Notes under the pieces: generated by a model
The model's input: the letters and a program-made list of their open reading frames with translations, nothing else
The model's database searches: none
What the model was told of the DNA's origin: nothing
Shown here: positions 49,240-64,000 of the stretch, piece after piece
Position numbering within the stretch: the first letter of the stretch is position 1
Layout of the letters: each line of letters starts with the position of its first letter
Position numbers and translations under genes: made by a program
NCBI GenBank assembly: GCA_951406725.2
Contig: OX597821.1
Coordinates: 42,098,001-42,162,000 of the forward strand
Direction of reading: 5' to 3'
DNA from: Octopus vulgaris
Lineage: Eukaryota
Length of the DNA: 64,000 bases

Positions 49240-49662
49240 TACTCTTTACTCTTTTACTCTTTTACTCTTTTACTTGTTTCAGTCATTTGACTGCGGCCAT
49301 GCTGGAGCACCGCCTTTAGTCGAGCAAATCGACCCCGAGACTTATTCTTTGTAAGCCCAGTACTTATTCTATCGGTCTATTTTGCCGAACCGCTAAGTGA
49401 CGGGGACGTAAATACACCAGCATCGGTTGTCAAGCAATGCTAGGGGAACAAACACAGACACACAAACACACACACACACACACATACACACTTATATATA
49501 TATATACATATATACGACAGGCTTCTTTCAGTTTCCGTCTACCAAATCCACTCACAAGGCATTGGTCGGCCCGGGGCTATAGCAGAAGACACTTGCCCAA
49601 GATGCCACGCAGTGGGACTGAACCTGGAACCATGTGGTTGGTTAGCAAGCTACTTACCACAC
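49240..49662 (-). mobile_element. CORE-type SINE (family A), young copy
   Basis: Reverse complement of family A with (AAAAGAGT)n tail, CpGs intact. Confidence 0.88.
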
Positions 49663-49818
49663 GTGTAAATAATTTCACATTGTCGATTCTGGTCAACCTT
49701 TGGGTAAAGGAAATGCAGAACATTGGCAAGGAGATGGTGGATTTCAAAGCAATTTGCCTTTTGGGGGTAATGGAGGAGTAAAGAGAAAGGTGACTATTAT
49801 AATACAGTAACCTGGGAA

Positions 49819-50070
49819 GGCACGTGGCTCAGTGGTTAGGGTGTTCGGCTCACGATCGTAAGGTCATGAGTTCAATTCCCGGCGATGCATTGTGTCCTTG
49901 AGCAAGATACTTTATTTTCACGTTACTCTGATCCACTCAGCTGCCAAAAATGAGTTGAACCTGTAATTCAAAAGAGCCAGCCTTGTCGCATTCTGTGTCG
50001 TGATGAATCTCCCCGAGAACTACATTAAGGATACATACGTCTGTGGAGTACTCAGTCAATTGCACGTTCA
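49819..50070 (+). mobile_element. SINE family C
   Basis: GGCACGTGGCTCAGTGGTTAGGGTGTTCGG...GAGTTCAATTCCCGG...TGTGTCCTTGAGCAAGATACTT. Confidence 0.8.
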
Positions 50071-50174
50071 AATGGACATAAGATAAAATAAGAACAATAA
50101 TAAACGAGTGAAGAACGAATATACGGTGCGTGTGTCTATTTGGCAAGAAAAAAAATGACTGTTCAGAAATATAA

Positions 50175-50555
50175 CAATAATAATAATCCTTTCTACAATA
50201 GGCACAAGGCCTGAAATTTTGGGGAAAGAGGTTAGTCGAATACATTAATTAAAATACGCAACTGGTACTTTATTTATCGACCCTGGAGGGATGAAAGGTA
50301 AAGTCGAACCAGGCAAAATTTGAACTCAATAACAATAATAATAATCCTTTCTACTCTAGGCACAAGGCCTAACATTTTGGGGAGGGAGTCAGTTGGTTAG
50401 ATCGACCCCAATACACAACTGGTACTTAATTTATCGACCCTGAAAGGATGAAAGGTAAAGTCGACCCCGGCGGAATTTGAACTCAGAACATGAAAACGGA
50501 CGAAATGCCGCTAAGCATTTTTTCCGGTGTGCTAACGATTCTGCCAGCTCACCAC
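50175..50555 (-). mobile_element. two tandem Meta-type SINEs with (TTA)n tails
   Basis: Family B central domain with an alternative tail CAGGCCTTGTGCCTA..GTAGAAAGGA(TTA)n. Confidence 0.75.
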
Positions 50556-51550
50556 CATAATATTGGAAGAAATAATAATGGTTTCTAATCTGGACAGGGG
50601 ACAGCAATTTTGAGGGGAGGGGTAAGCTGAACCCAAGACTTAGATTGATAATTGAGTTTAATGAGTCCAGGCATGTGAACGGTAGTTTACTTTGGCGGGA
50701 TTTGAACTCAGAACGTAAAGAGCCCGAAGAAATATCGCTAGCTATTTTGTCCGACGCTCAATCGATTCTGCCAATCAGCCGCCAAATAACTGTTCCTGAT
50801 TTAGACAGGAAGTCACTGTTTCGAGGGGAGGGGGTCTAGTCAATGTCATCGTTCCTGGTACTTGATTTGTTTTAGGTTTATTGACCCCCGAAAAGGATGT
50901 AAGACTAAGGTGAATCCGACCAGTATTTGAAACCTGATCGTAAAGAGCATTTCCTAGCCTGAAGCTGCAGAGATTCTGCCAGCTTCAAAATTGTACACCT
51001 ACGGCTTTCAAATCTCTTAAACACACACACACACACGCGCGCACACACACACACATCGTAATGAATAGAGTGGTAATGAAGATGTTTATATATTTGTCTT
51101 AATAGCACAGCCAGATAAAAATCTAGGTCGTTGACTTGAGGCTCCACAAGTCATCTGCAACACAACAGGGCATAATTAACTGCTATGAAACCTCCATACA
51201 ATTGTATATTTCATTGAACAATATATTCATATTACTCAATTTAAAGTGAACTTTCTTCAAGTAGTTCAGTCACTTTAAGTCTCAGATGTATCGCCATCTC
51301 TCTCTCCTTCTGTATCCAGCTCGTCTGCATCCTGCTGTTAACCATCGTATTTTGTTCATTTTGTAAAAATACATCGTCAGCAACACCATCACTGTTAACG
51401 GCAGAGTCACCACCTGTCCGACCGACTTGCGAGAAATAATTGAGAAATTTCCCTCAAATCACGTCCCATATCTTTAAAAAAAATTAGAAAGCACATTGGT
51501 TAAGTGAATTCTATATATAATATGTCCGGGTTGCGGATAAGACGAGAGGA

Positions 51551-51978
51551 CAGCGCTGGAATAACCATTAAGCAAAATAAGCACGTGCTTAGGGCATCAA
51601 GGGAAGGAGGGGGCACCACAGAAATGGTAAATGGTTTACGGCACAAAAGAAATCACTTTTAAACTTGTTAAAATAATATTCGGGATGTCTTTACCTCTAC
51701 TATGTATAGATGCAAATGTGTTTCCTAAGATTAATTTTGAGGATCTGATCAAAGAATTTGCAATTCAAAAAAATAGGAGGAAACTTTTCAAATGTAAAGA
51801 AAGTGGAAGTATACAAAAATAAACATCATTTTCCCTCTAACTGTTTTGTTTCGTTTTGAAAAATAAAAATATATTTTATGGTTTGTTATTGTTTATATTT
51901 TGAATTACATAACCTTTTATGGGGGCACCAAAATCTTCTAAGTGCTTATGGCTTCGATGGGTCTTAATCCGGCCCCTG
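51551..51978 (+). mobile_element. non-autonomous hAT element retaining the transposase C-terminus
   Basis: Imperfect TIRs CAGCGCTGGAATAACC / GGTCTTAATCCGGCCCCTG. TSD-like CGAGAGGA / CGAGAGAG. Internal LLCIDANVFPKINFEDLIKEFAIQKNRRKLF. Confidence 0.75.
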
Positions 51979-53675
51979 CGAGAGAGTCACGGTTGTAATG
52001 ATTTGACTAAAAGTCTAGTCCTCAGTTAGGACTAGAGTCTCCGGTGGTCGATGTTGATCGTGCATTTCCATACATTTGCGCTGGCCAGAGCAAGAGTTCT
52101 TTAGGAAGATTGGCGGTTGTCCTTACATGTGTAGTGAGATCAAGAATCGAACCTAAAATCATCAGGTGCCAGGTTCGAGACTCGGGTACATCATGCTCAA
52201 GTCGTACGGATTCTTCTGATTATCAGCCAATCGGTTTGCAGCGGTATCCAAACCATACTATGAACACCAGCCCAAATGTCCTTGAAGCTTGCGCGTTTTC
52301 GTTAGCATTTAGGTGAAAACCCGCTAAGAACAACCGCAGAGAGTTTTGAGACTGCTACTAGAGAACCCTCATTCTCACCTCTCGCCACAAGCAAGCCAGA
52401 GCTCGGCCTATTATGGCAGAAATTACAAGTTTTCCTTCGCTGAATCCAACTAAAAATGAAGAGAAATCTTCTTCATAAATTCGAGCCAGCTCTTTCCGAC
52501 TTCTTGGGCCTTACTAGCCATTTGCTTTGTATATTTGTCATACTGAAGCTTGTTTCTGATCGCCAACATTCCCTACCAGCAGTCATTAAAAGTTTATATT
52601 CAATTGTTCTCCTTTTCAATAAATATATTCAATTAGTTTTGCGTCTGTTCGTTGTGATATAACACGCAGCCGAAACAGTAACGAACAACACCGCAGCAAT
52701 GTTTGGTAACAAACTATCTCTTTTCATCGCGACACACGCAGGTCCCCTTTCTCCATGCCTCAGATGTTCTTCCAAGGGAAAAGTCGCCAACTCGGGTCGA
52801 TACATATTTGGCCGTCCTGTCATCGTTGGTGTTGCTGTCAGAAAGCAAATAATGTAAGAAAAAGAAAAAGAAAGAAACTTTTTAATTAATACCCGACACA
52901 ATGAAAGCAAAGTTGACCTTGGTAGGGCTTGAACTCAGAGTGCAGGCACAAAAAATCATAAAGGATTTCTACTCAACCCTCTAACGCCCTTGCTAGTCTA
53001 CCCCGTTCGGCGATCTCACTGATCTGAAATTAAACAACACCGCCAACTAGAAGAGCAGCATTGATTGTGGGGCCCGAGCACTGGGGTCGATATAATCAAC
53101 TTAATCCGTTTGTCTGTCCTTGTTTGTCCCCTCTGTCTGTGGCAAACGGAAACTGTGGTGTGTGTGAGTGTGTATGTATTTGCATCTTTGTGTTTGTTAT
53201 GTACTCCCATCACCATTTCACAACTATTGTTGGTTTGCTTACATCCCCATAATATTCGCGGTTCGGCAACCAGAAACCGATAGAATGAGTATCAGTTTAG
53301 GAACAAAATAAGTTTTAAAAATCAGCTCTAAAAAATAAAGTACTCTCCCCCCCACACACATACAGCGTTACCTCTCCTCACTGTAACTCTTCGCTAACCG
53401 CTGGTTAGGTCTTGTGTCCTTTGATAGTAAAACTTACCGCTGGTAGGATGCGAACCGTTGTAACCTTGGTTTGTAGATCTATTAACTTACCATTCGACTC
53501 GCTGCAGCAGCTGTCATTGCTATAATTAACGATAGCTTTAGGTGAGGTAGTTGAAAGCAAACTTCAAACGGAAGGTGGCAGAAAGATAAAGACGAAGCGA
53601 ATTTAATGAACAAGTATTACAAATGGATATCGTTTAATCCGTATTGACACGGAGGATTTCAATGCAGGGGAAAAG

Positions 53676-53694
53676 GATAGACAGACAGACAGAG

Positions 53695-53792
<98 letters not shown>

Positions 53793-54191
53793 GAGAAAGA
53801 GAGAGACAGGGGTAAATTGATAGACAAAGAGATGGAGATCGATAGTTAGACATTTAGATAGAGACAGAGATGAAGTGGAGAAAGAGGTGAGCTGATAAAT
53901 GGATAAAAAGAAAGACAAAGCAAGCATTATAGATAAGTACATATGCTCAAAGCGAGGGAAAAGGAGAGCTTTAAAATGATTTAAATGACGATGGCAACCA
54001 AGGTGAAAATGGTGACAACGACAATGTAATTAATTAGCAGTAATTTAGGTCCGCGTATATCTTGAAGCTACTCACACGCACACTCTTTCACACACACACA
54101 CACACACACACACTCTCTCTCTCTCACTCCCTCTCTCTCTCTCTCTCTCTCTGTATATTTATATATATATATATATATATATACCTCCCTC

Positions 54192-54250
<59 letters not shown>

Positions 54251-54330
54251 CTCTATATATACACACACATACACATACACACACACACACACATATCGCA
54301 CACACATACCCACACCATATACATACGCAC
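53676..54330. repeat. (GATA)n, (CA)n, (CT)n, (TA)n, (CTAT)n microsatellites
   Basis: (AGAT)n at about 53695-53790 and (CTAT)n at about 54190-54250. Confidence 0.9.
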
Positions 54331-54789
54331 GCGCGCACACAGAACAAACGATCTCCTTTCTTGATTTCTTATATATTTCTTCCTATTTTCCTGCTTTCAA
54401 ATTATTTTGCAACTTTCTTTTACCTTTACTTGCACACCGAACTAATTAACTTTATTATCATCATCATCATCATTATTATTATTATTATTAAATATTGTTT
54501 GTTATTATTTTGCTGTTGTCGTTGTTGTTGTTGTTGTGGTGGTGGTGGTGGTGGTGGTGGTGGTGGTGGTGGTGGTGGTGGTGGTGGTGGTGGTGGTGAT
54601 TGTGGCTGTTTAGTCAGTTCCAATCTTCGTTTGGTTAACACTGACGTCCATCAATTGATTTGTAAACTTCAGGTTTACTTAAACAGTTTCACACGACAAA
54701 GTGACATTGTCTCTGCAACCAGAGACCTTGGAACACACCAACCACACACACACACGCGCGCACACACACATGAAACACTGCTCTTTCTA

Positions 54790-55600
<811 letters not shown>

Positions 55601-55631
55601 ACCTCTCTCTCTCTCACTCTCTCTCTCTTTC

Positions 55632-55663
<32 letters not shown>

Positions 55664-57739
55664 ATAACACACACTCGCGAGTCCCTCTACACACACACGT
55701 ACGCACACCATCTCCAGTGACAAATGACGTCAAGCCTTTCTATCTGGAAGCGATAAAATATTTAAATAAACCAATAAAAAGAGTGACTTCAATGGAGGAT
55801 GAGACGAGAATCATAAATCTTGGCTTTTGTTTGATTTTATTTCTGTTATATTTTCCTGATAATAATTGTTCTAGAGTTTGTTTTTTTGTTTTGGCTTTTT
55901 TTCTATTTTGTCTTTCGTTTCCAAGTCCCTCCTCCTCTTCCTCCTCTTCCTCCTCCTCCTCCTCGTCTTCTTCTTCCTCCTCCTCCTCCTCCACCTCCCA
56001 TATCCATCATTAACGTCACAAGTATTTTACCAACGTCTAAAATAAATATAATTTTCAGTAATGACAAATAAAATCGTTTGGAAAATTTTGCTTTTATATT
56101 AGAAAAAGAAGAAAATGGGAAGCTGTGATGTTTATGCCTTTACTACCAAAAGCATTCATTCGTTGGCGCGCTTTTTTTTTCTTTGCACTACGGACGGCTT
56201 TCATAGAAGACAACTTTTTCACGAACGGGGAGATCACGCGGATGACAAGACAAAGCACAAAGTGCATAACATATAATTTAATTATTACACATACACATAC
56301 AATACGTCAGTGGCGACTCCAACACTCAGGTTGTTCAGGATTGGCTCAAGTACAAATTTCGTAAAGTGAATGTGTATTTGCAAGCCGATTTAATAACTGC
56401 CAACACTGACTTCAAGGTTGTAATTGCAGCCAATAACTTGGGCTCTTTTTATTGGGCCCGGTCGCAGTTCATTTATTTTTCTTCAGTGTCTGGCGGTGGT
56501 CTTAGAGGTACCCTGTGTAACAAAAAATATAATTTGGAGCAGACGTTCTCTCGACATCGTTCACATGTGCCTGACTCGGGCTCAGAAGTCACAGCCCAAG
56601 TTGTTATCTACGATCGTAAAAATTAAAAGTAATTCAAATTCAATGTTTTCTTGAAATAATAAATTTCTATAGAGATTAGGGTTTAAATTCCAGTCTATGA
56701 AAAGTTTCCGTTCTACAATATTCTTAAAGGAACGAAAAATTATCCAGCAACTCGGGCTAATATGTATGTGCTTGGCAGGTGTAAAAAGACTGACATCTCT
56801 TGTCAAGAGTACAGGCGACATTCAGATCAGTGATGTCAGTTATGCACTCCGCTGTCGTTATTTGATTGTTGTTATTCTGTTCGTCTGTGCGTAAAGATCA
56901 GTTGTGTTTTGCAGGGTTGCCTTATTTTTTTTATCCTTAACTTAGAAATAGAGAAAGGCATAGTGCTAGATATAATAAATAAGCAATTTGGGGTTAGAAA
57001 TATTGCGGAAAAACGTGAGACATTCTTTCGTTAGAAGCAGCAAACTTGCTTACGGTTAAATTATCCGTGCGTATGTAAGACTGCGGTGTGTATTACGTCT
57101 CTTATCTTCTTGTATACATGGATCTTACGCGAAATTTGTGATGTGCCCGGAGTCGCCTCTGATGTATATATATATATATAAATATATATAATATGAGGGA
57201 ATATTATTCCAAACTTACAGGCAAAAATTCAATTTAGAAATACTAAATCAAATTTCACAAAATATAATATATATATATAATATAAATTAGAAAAAAAACC
57301 ACCTTTCATCAATTCAATAATGAAAAATTAAATTATACCGTCTAGAAAATTACTATATATATATATATATATATGGAAACTAGATAAACTTGTCTGATGA
57401 GCCCTAAGACCTGAGACAGTAATATCCGGAGGTTGATGATGAAGATGATGATGGAGACTAAAGAAGGATACAACGCTTCGGTGAGTTGGTTGGGTTTATT
57501 GACTTCATCTGGGAAAAAGGAACCATATCGTTGAATTTTACATGCCATCTGAAAGAAGCGCGATCGATGTGGTTAACGTTTTCCTTAGCGTATCGGGAGC
57601 TTGTACTGACTGTCCAGGGCAATCCTCGAGTTTGCCGCGCCATCACCACGAATGATGCATCATAATATACGTCAAAATTCACACTACCATCATCGCCAAA
57701 AGAAAAAAGAAAACATCCTTGGACAGAACATACCATTTG

Positions 57740-58660
57740 TCCCGTTTAAGTACGCTGAAGATTGCAAATGGACTACTGCAGAAAAATATGGGTGGGGAGG
57801 GGTTTCCAGTCAGCTGGGGTACTGCGAAGGAAAGAAGGAAGAAGTAGAGGTTAGTGCGGGTTTGGTGGATAGGACACAACATTGAGTAATGAAAGGAGAG
57901 GAAGTGAATGCGTCGAGAGTGCCTGAGGAGAGACGGCACGATACTAGGCAGATTTGAGGATTATAAGCCATTATAGGAGCGGCAGAAAACGTTGAGAGAG
58001 AGGACATAGCAATACTTATGGGGCAAGATACGGGATCGCGTCTGCAAGTGAATTTATGCTAATGAGTTGAGTGGTCCTTCTCGGGATGCAGTCCAGGAGT
58101 CTTGTGTGTGCGCTAACAGCACACACCGTCCCAAATGTGGGAGCAATATATTTTATTGTCGGCCTCACCAAAGCCTTGTAGAACGCCAGTAATTGTTGGG
58201 GACTGAGAAGTTTGCAAAATTAGTGGTGATTTATTTCATTTTATTTTATTTTATTTCATTTATTTATTTATTTCATTTATTTATTTATTTTTATGTAAAT
58301 GACCAGTAGAGTGATTGCAGTTGTTGGTGGTGGGGCAGCTGGAGGGATCTGCAATACATGAACAAATCCTTCGAAGTTCGGTCGGTGGATTTATGAGAGT
58401 TACATTCCTGGGTAAATGTCACGTTTTGAGAAGTGAGCGAGTTCCTGGACCACTTGGGTTGCTCGGGGGGAAGTGGCATTGGTATTAATGTGCCGAGATA
58501 GGCCAAAAATGAAAGTTTTGGGTATCCACCAAACTGCTTCAAGCGGGTCAGAGGAAAAATACGTGCGCTACCAGAAATAATATGCATTGAACAGGCGGAG
58601 CTCCGAGCACTCAGGTAACTTTGAAGTACCACACAGTCCAAGGATGAGGATGTTTTATAG
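57740..58660 (-). mobile_element. old CR1/L2-group LINE remnant (RT C-terminal half)
   Basis: Frameshifted translation QQLLAFYKALVRPTIK.CSHIWDG..RLLDCIPRRTTQLI and SSFFP..W.PLPTHIFSAVVHLQS. The part at 58290-58660 is only weakly RT-like. Confidence 0.6.
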
Positions 58661-60368
58661 TATGGCGGGATGGGTACGTCTGATGAGGCTGTAATCGGAT
58701 AATCTGATGGTTATTAGACATAGTTTGTTGAAAATACAACACACCAACTTGCTTCGTTATGCTAAAATTTCCAGATTCCTCGTTAACTTCCTTCCATAGT
58801 TACGCTGTTAAAAGTGTGACACTCCATGTTTCATCATGTTAAAATTTTCAATTATATCGTTGATGTCTTTCCATAGTTAAACTTGCCAAAACTGCAACTC
58901 TCCAATTATTGTAGTTTCACCATGTTAAAATTTTCAGTTCTGTCATCGATGTTATTCCATAGTTAACTTCCTTAAACCACACACACTTATAAAAGAGAAT
59001 AATATATTTTATGTAAATGAAGGAGAATGTTGTAACGTAAATGGTGAGTTACCGAGTGAATGAAGGCTGCAACTCAAGTTTCATTTGTAAGTGTAACTCT
59101 CAGCGTAGTCACTCCGCTAAAAGTCATGGACATCTTACTAAAGTCAACAGAGTTAACACTTCATTGATGAATTACCTAAAATCCGAAAGGTCAAGTACAT
59201 AACTCGATCGCACTCAGAGTCTGATCAATATTTTTTTCTTTTCTTTTCCTTTTTTTTTTTTTTTATCTTTATTTTCCTAATCTTATTATTTGTATTTCAT
59301 AGCAATCGAACGCCAGAAATGGTAGAGAGAACTGGCGAAATGCCATGCGGTGTTTCATTCCTTCGTCTATATTCATTCAGGGCGAAAATACCATCAAGGT
59401 CTATAGACAACGCTATACTGTCGCCTATCTGCTAAAAATAGCAGCCAGAGACCCCCCCCCCCTCAAAAAAAATGTCACATTAAACAATCTTAAAATAAAA
59501 AAAAAAGTCACACTGCAAATTCTATAGATTTATTTCTGAATAATTGTTGGGGAGCGGCGAAGTATCTTCTTATCCTGGACAGAATGATCAGTCTTTGAGA
59601 CACAGATCGAACAACGTTGAGGAGGAGAACTTCGATGATAATGAAGCTTAACATTTGCAGTGACCGTAAAAATGTTTGTTGCGAGCTGCTCATGTTTAGG
59701 AAGATACGGTGTGGTGATGTCTTCTGGGTGAGTAATGCTTGCGTGTGTGTATGTATGTATGTACTTGTATTTTTTTTTCTGTTGAAAGAGACAAGATGAC
59801 ACATCTGGAAGGTTTTTGTCAATATACCGAAACAACAACAACAGTGTTAAAGAAAAAATGAGGATTTAAATTGTATGGTTGGAAGGTTCCAGAAGGAGAG
59901 TAAGTTCTAGTTCCCTGCGAAGGTGAGAAGCCAAGTTATTGACTTGATAGGTACGACCAAAATAGAAAAGGTGCCAAGCCATAGGATCTGCCGAACGGAA
60001 ATGATAGGCAAAAATGCAATCCACTATCGAGACAGGTGCCTTCAGGGTGATCTACAAAAGCAAAGTAAGAGGTATTTGATATACTTAGGGGTATAGATGA
60101 AAGAGATGGAGATGTGGAAAGAGTGATTGTTAGACCCGCTTAGTGTGTTGGTTGCGCTGTTGTTTTGCTACTTTGATTGTGCTTTATTTTAACGACCCTG
60201 GAAGGATGAAAAGCAAAGCCGGCCTCATTTGTCGCCGAAATCAACTTTGCTGTTCATCTCTCCGCAATCGATAAAATAAAACATCAGTCAAATATTGCGG
60301 ATCGATTATATCAATTAATCCCCTCTCCATGAAATCGATCGCTTTGAGGTAAAATTCGAAACCATCCC

Positions 60369-60416
<48 letters not shown>

Positions 60417-60449
60417 CATTATTATTATTATTTTATTGTTATTATTATT

Positions 60450-60986
60450 GAGTGAGTAAGAGAGTACTGCATGCTATCAAAGTGACACTGGGGGTAAAAT
60501 ATATGAAGCCCAGTATACCCATCATGACTATACCAGGCATCACAGACATATGTGCGCGATATAGTGATCTCATATCAAGATAAACAGCGCATGACCTCTG
60601 GTGGGGCCCAGTTAGAATTTTCAGGTCGAGCAGCCCAGCCCAGCCCACTCAAAAGGTCCCTGAAAAAGAGTTGTTTAAGGATGACAAATGAAACAACGAT
60701 GTTTCCAGAGGTGAATTACTGAAACCCCCAATGAATTCCTCTCAGCACACGACTATGATGCTCCCCCACTACTTCTGCTCGTGATCAGAGTTGCACATAT
60801 CATCAGCCACCAAAGGACATGCTCAACAGGTTAAGGTCAAATAACTGACAAGCAAATCTGTGGTATTGAGCAGAACATTTGCTGTAGCCCATCTTTTATA
60901 CCAAGACAAAACAATGTACATGATAACACTTCCGATCAATTAAGATCAAAAACTATGAGAGTCACTGACTGGTAGTGCATCAGGGC
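60450..60986 (-). mobile_element. ~540-bp non-coding (TAA)n-tailed retroelement, copy 1
   Basis: Embedded in (ATT)n on both sides. Highly similar to 61062-61612. Confidence 0.8.
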
Positions 60987-61006
60987 ATTTATTATTATTA
61001 TCATCA

Positions 61007-61061
<55 letters not shown>

Positions 61062-61975
61062 GTGAGAGAGCAGTGCATGCCATCAAAGTGACACTGAGGT
61101 AAAATATACGAAGCCCAATATACCCATCATGACTACCCGTCTGATAAGGGTACACCAGGCACATGCATCACAACCATATGTGCACGACATGGTGATCTCA
61201 TATCAAGATAAACAGCACATGACCTTGCAGGTGGGGCCCAGTTAGAATTTTCTTCAGGTTGAGTAGCCCATCCCGCTCAAAAGGTCCCTGAATAAGGGTT
61301 GTTTAAGGATGTTGAAAGAACCACCCATGTTTCCAGAGGTGAATTATTCAAACCCCAAAGAATCCCTCTCAACACATGGCTATGATGCTCCCCCACTACT
61401 TCTGCTCGTGATCAGAGATGCACATATCGTCAGCCACTAAGGGACATGCTCAACTGGTTAAGGCCAAACAACTGACAAGCAAATCTGTGGTATTGAGCAG
61501 AATATTTGCTGTAGCCCATCTTTTATACCAAGACAAAACAATGTACATGATAACACTTCCAATCAGTTAAGATCAGAAGCCATGAGAGCCACTGCCTGGT
61601 ACTGCATCAGGGTTCAGGCTTGGTCTTATTCCTGGTAGGATTTATATGGGTTAGGCATCCACAAGTTTTTATCAGTCTTTCAAGTGCTTGGAACCCTTCT
61701 GATAATCCTTACTGTCCCTAAAAGACAAACTTTCTGTAGGAGCTCTACGGGGCATTCTATTTCAATCTCCTTCAGCCATTTGTCTAGATCTTTGCTTATT
61801 GTTTCCATCACACCAATTATTATAGGCACGACGTTTACTGTGCGCATGCTCCAAATTCTTCCTATTTCAAATTTTAAGGAATTGTTTTGTTTTTCTTTTC
61901 CTCTTTCTTTACAAACCTGTAATTAAACAGGCATGATGGGTCGATCAGAAAGCAACTACACTTTTCCTTATGTAT
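61062..61975 (-). mobile_element. 5'-truncated R4/Dong LINE (family B): REL endonuclease end plus long 3' UTR
   Basis: IIHKEKCSCFLIDPSCLFN..KKEEKK / LKFEIGRIWSMRTVNVVPIIIGVMETI..LLQKVCLLGTVRIIRRVPST* (stop at 61680-61682), then about 620 nt of non-coding sequence to a (TAA)n tail. Confidence 0.8.
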
Positions 61976-62244
<269 letters not shown>

Positions 62245-63939
62245 TTCAGTAGTTTTATTTTTAGAGCGTGCTTTCACTTCACTACCGAGCGCAGCTCTGT
62301 GTGCCTTGGATATGTGCTGTGATTTGTTGTAATGCTCTGATGGTTATTGTATGGAAAGTGTTCTGCGTAGGTTGTGTGAAGTACCTAGTAGTGCAATTTT
62401 CTGTATGTTATATGTGTTTGTAAGTCCTGGTGTTTTTGTTATGTATTTGTCTGAATATTTTTTATCATGCCTAATGCACCTACTATGATAGGAATTGTTT
62501 CTGTTTTTAGATTCCACATTCTGGTTACCTCTATTTCCAGGTCTTTGTATTTTGAAAGTTTCTCCATTTCTTTTAGAGACACGTTGCCATCTGCTGGTAT
62601 TGATACATCAATTAGAAAGCATTTTTTTTCTTCATGATCTCTGACAACTATATCTGGTCTGTTGGCCTTAATTTCTCTATCTGTGTGTATTGGCATATCC
62701 CAGAGTATGGTTGCTTTCTCGTTTTTTTGTGACCTTTTCTGGTGTGTGCTTATACCATCTTTTTTCTGTTGTTATTCCATAATGTTGGCATAGCTTCCAG
62801 TGTATGTAGGTCCCAACTCTGTCGTGTCTGTGAATATATACCTTCTTAGCCAGGACTGGGCAACCAGAGATAATATGATTTATTGTTTCTTGTCCATCTC
62901 CACATATTCTGCAGCTACTTGTTATATTTCTTTTCATTACATGTTTTTGGTAATTTCTGGTGGGGAGGCTTTGGTCTTGTGCTGCAATTAAAAATCCCTC
63001 TGTCTCTGCTTTGAGTCCTGAGCTTCTCAACCATTGCTGGGATTTTTCTTTGTCTATTTCTTTTGCGTTTAGTTTAGTCCAGTATTTATCGTGGAGGGGT
63101 TTTTCTTGCCATCGTTTTATCATGGTTCTTTGCTGTTCTAGTTTTAGTTTGGATTTCATTTGTTTTATAGCTTTTGTTGTTTCTTCTTCTTCTTCTTCTT
63201 CTTCTTCTTCTTCTTCTTCTTCTTCTTCTTCTTCTTCTTCTTCTTCTTCTTCTTCTTCTTCTTCTTCTTCTTCTTCTTCATATTTGTTAGGTGGTATGAT
63301 TTCTTGTTTGTATTTGTCAGCTTCCTTAAATACTGAGAACAGTTTCTTGTTTTGCTCGTGTTTTGCCGCTATTTGTATCAGTTTTCCTTCCTTCTGAAGT
63401 AGATATTTTTGCAGTCCTATGGTGGTTATTTTATAGTAGTTTTCCAGCTGTATAAGGCCTCTACCACCTTCTATACGTTGTATATATAGTCTTTCTATGT
63501 CAGATTTTGGGTGATGCATCCTAGATCCTGTCATTATTTTTCTTGTTTTCCTATCTATTTTGGTCAGTTCATTTAGTGTCCAGTTAAGGATATTGTAGCT
63601 GTAACTTATAACTGGGACGGCTAAAGTGTTAATACCTATTATCTTGTTTTTAGCATTGAGCTCTGTTTTTAGTATTGATCTAACTCATCTATAATATTCT
63701 TTTTTTATTTTCTCTTTCATTTGTGTGTGTTGTGTCTTATCTAGTTCATGGATTCCTAAGTATTTGTAAGTTTGACTTTGGTCTAATTCTTTTATTTCAT
63801 TGGTTTTATCTAGTGTGATGTTTCTACTCTTAACTAGTTTTCCTCTTTTCAGGGTTACTTTGGCGCATTTTTCTAATCCAAATTTCATATCTATTTCTTT
63901 GGTAAATCCATGAACTGTCTTTAATAGTGTTTCCAGCTG

Positions 63940-63945
<6 letters not shown>
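62245..63945 (-). mobile_element. 5'-truncated R4/Dong-clade LINE (family A): RT C-terminus, CCHC knuckle, REL endonuclease
   Basis: MKFGLEKCA..YKYLGI, RLYIQRIEGGRGL, ETEGFLIAAQDQ, CRICGDGQETINHIISGC, RHDRV, NRPDIVV..LIDVSIP..EKLSKYKDL. One in-frame stop (63685) and two homopolymer frameshifts. (TAA)n on both sides. Confidence 0.93.

Positions 63946-64000
<55 letters not shown>

Noticed and set aside
57393-57420. CTGATGAG hammerhead-like start (also at about 58680 and 23250 minus)
   Set aside because: No matching stem II plus GAAA, so the core is incomplete.
59530-60120. possible LINE endonuclease remnant (minus)
   Set aside because: Only a vague resemblance (SSPPQRCSICVSKT), too weak to call without a profile search.

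Overview
AT-rich, microsatellite-dense eukaryotic DNA. The repeat families (CORE- and Meta-type tRNA SINEs, RTE and R4/Dong LINEs, Penelope-type hammerhead repeats, (TA)n/(CA)n/(TAA)n/(TACA)n arrays) point to an Octopus-like coleoid cephalopod; this is recognition from memory, not a database result. One convincing protein-coding gene is present: an intronless BTB-BACK-Kelch gene most like KLHL21 (42170-43939, minus). The rest is mostly SINE, LINE and DNA-transposon debris. Main observations: (1) the KLHL21 3' UTR carries about 12 degenerate ~39-nt copies of the gene's own last six codons plus stop, the stop sits in a UGA-CUA readthrough context, and the next two stops follow in frame at +39 and +78 nt; (2) a complete minimal hammerhead ribozyme with a branched stem II lies at 5428-5513, with related motifs inside a cluster of four long inverted repeats at 11.2-13.4 kb; (3) a dense E-box/HRE/CRE cluster lies upstream of KLHL21; (4) an RTE reverse transcriptase carries an inserted PHD finger; (5) (TAA)n-targeted Dong/R4 elements form a head-to-tail stack at the right end. 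Repeat boundaries were read by eye and are approximate.
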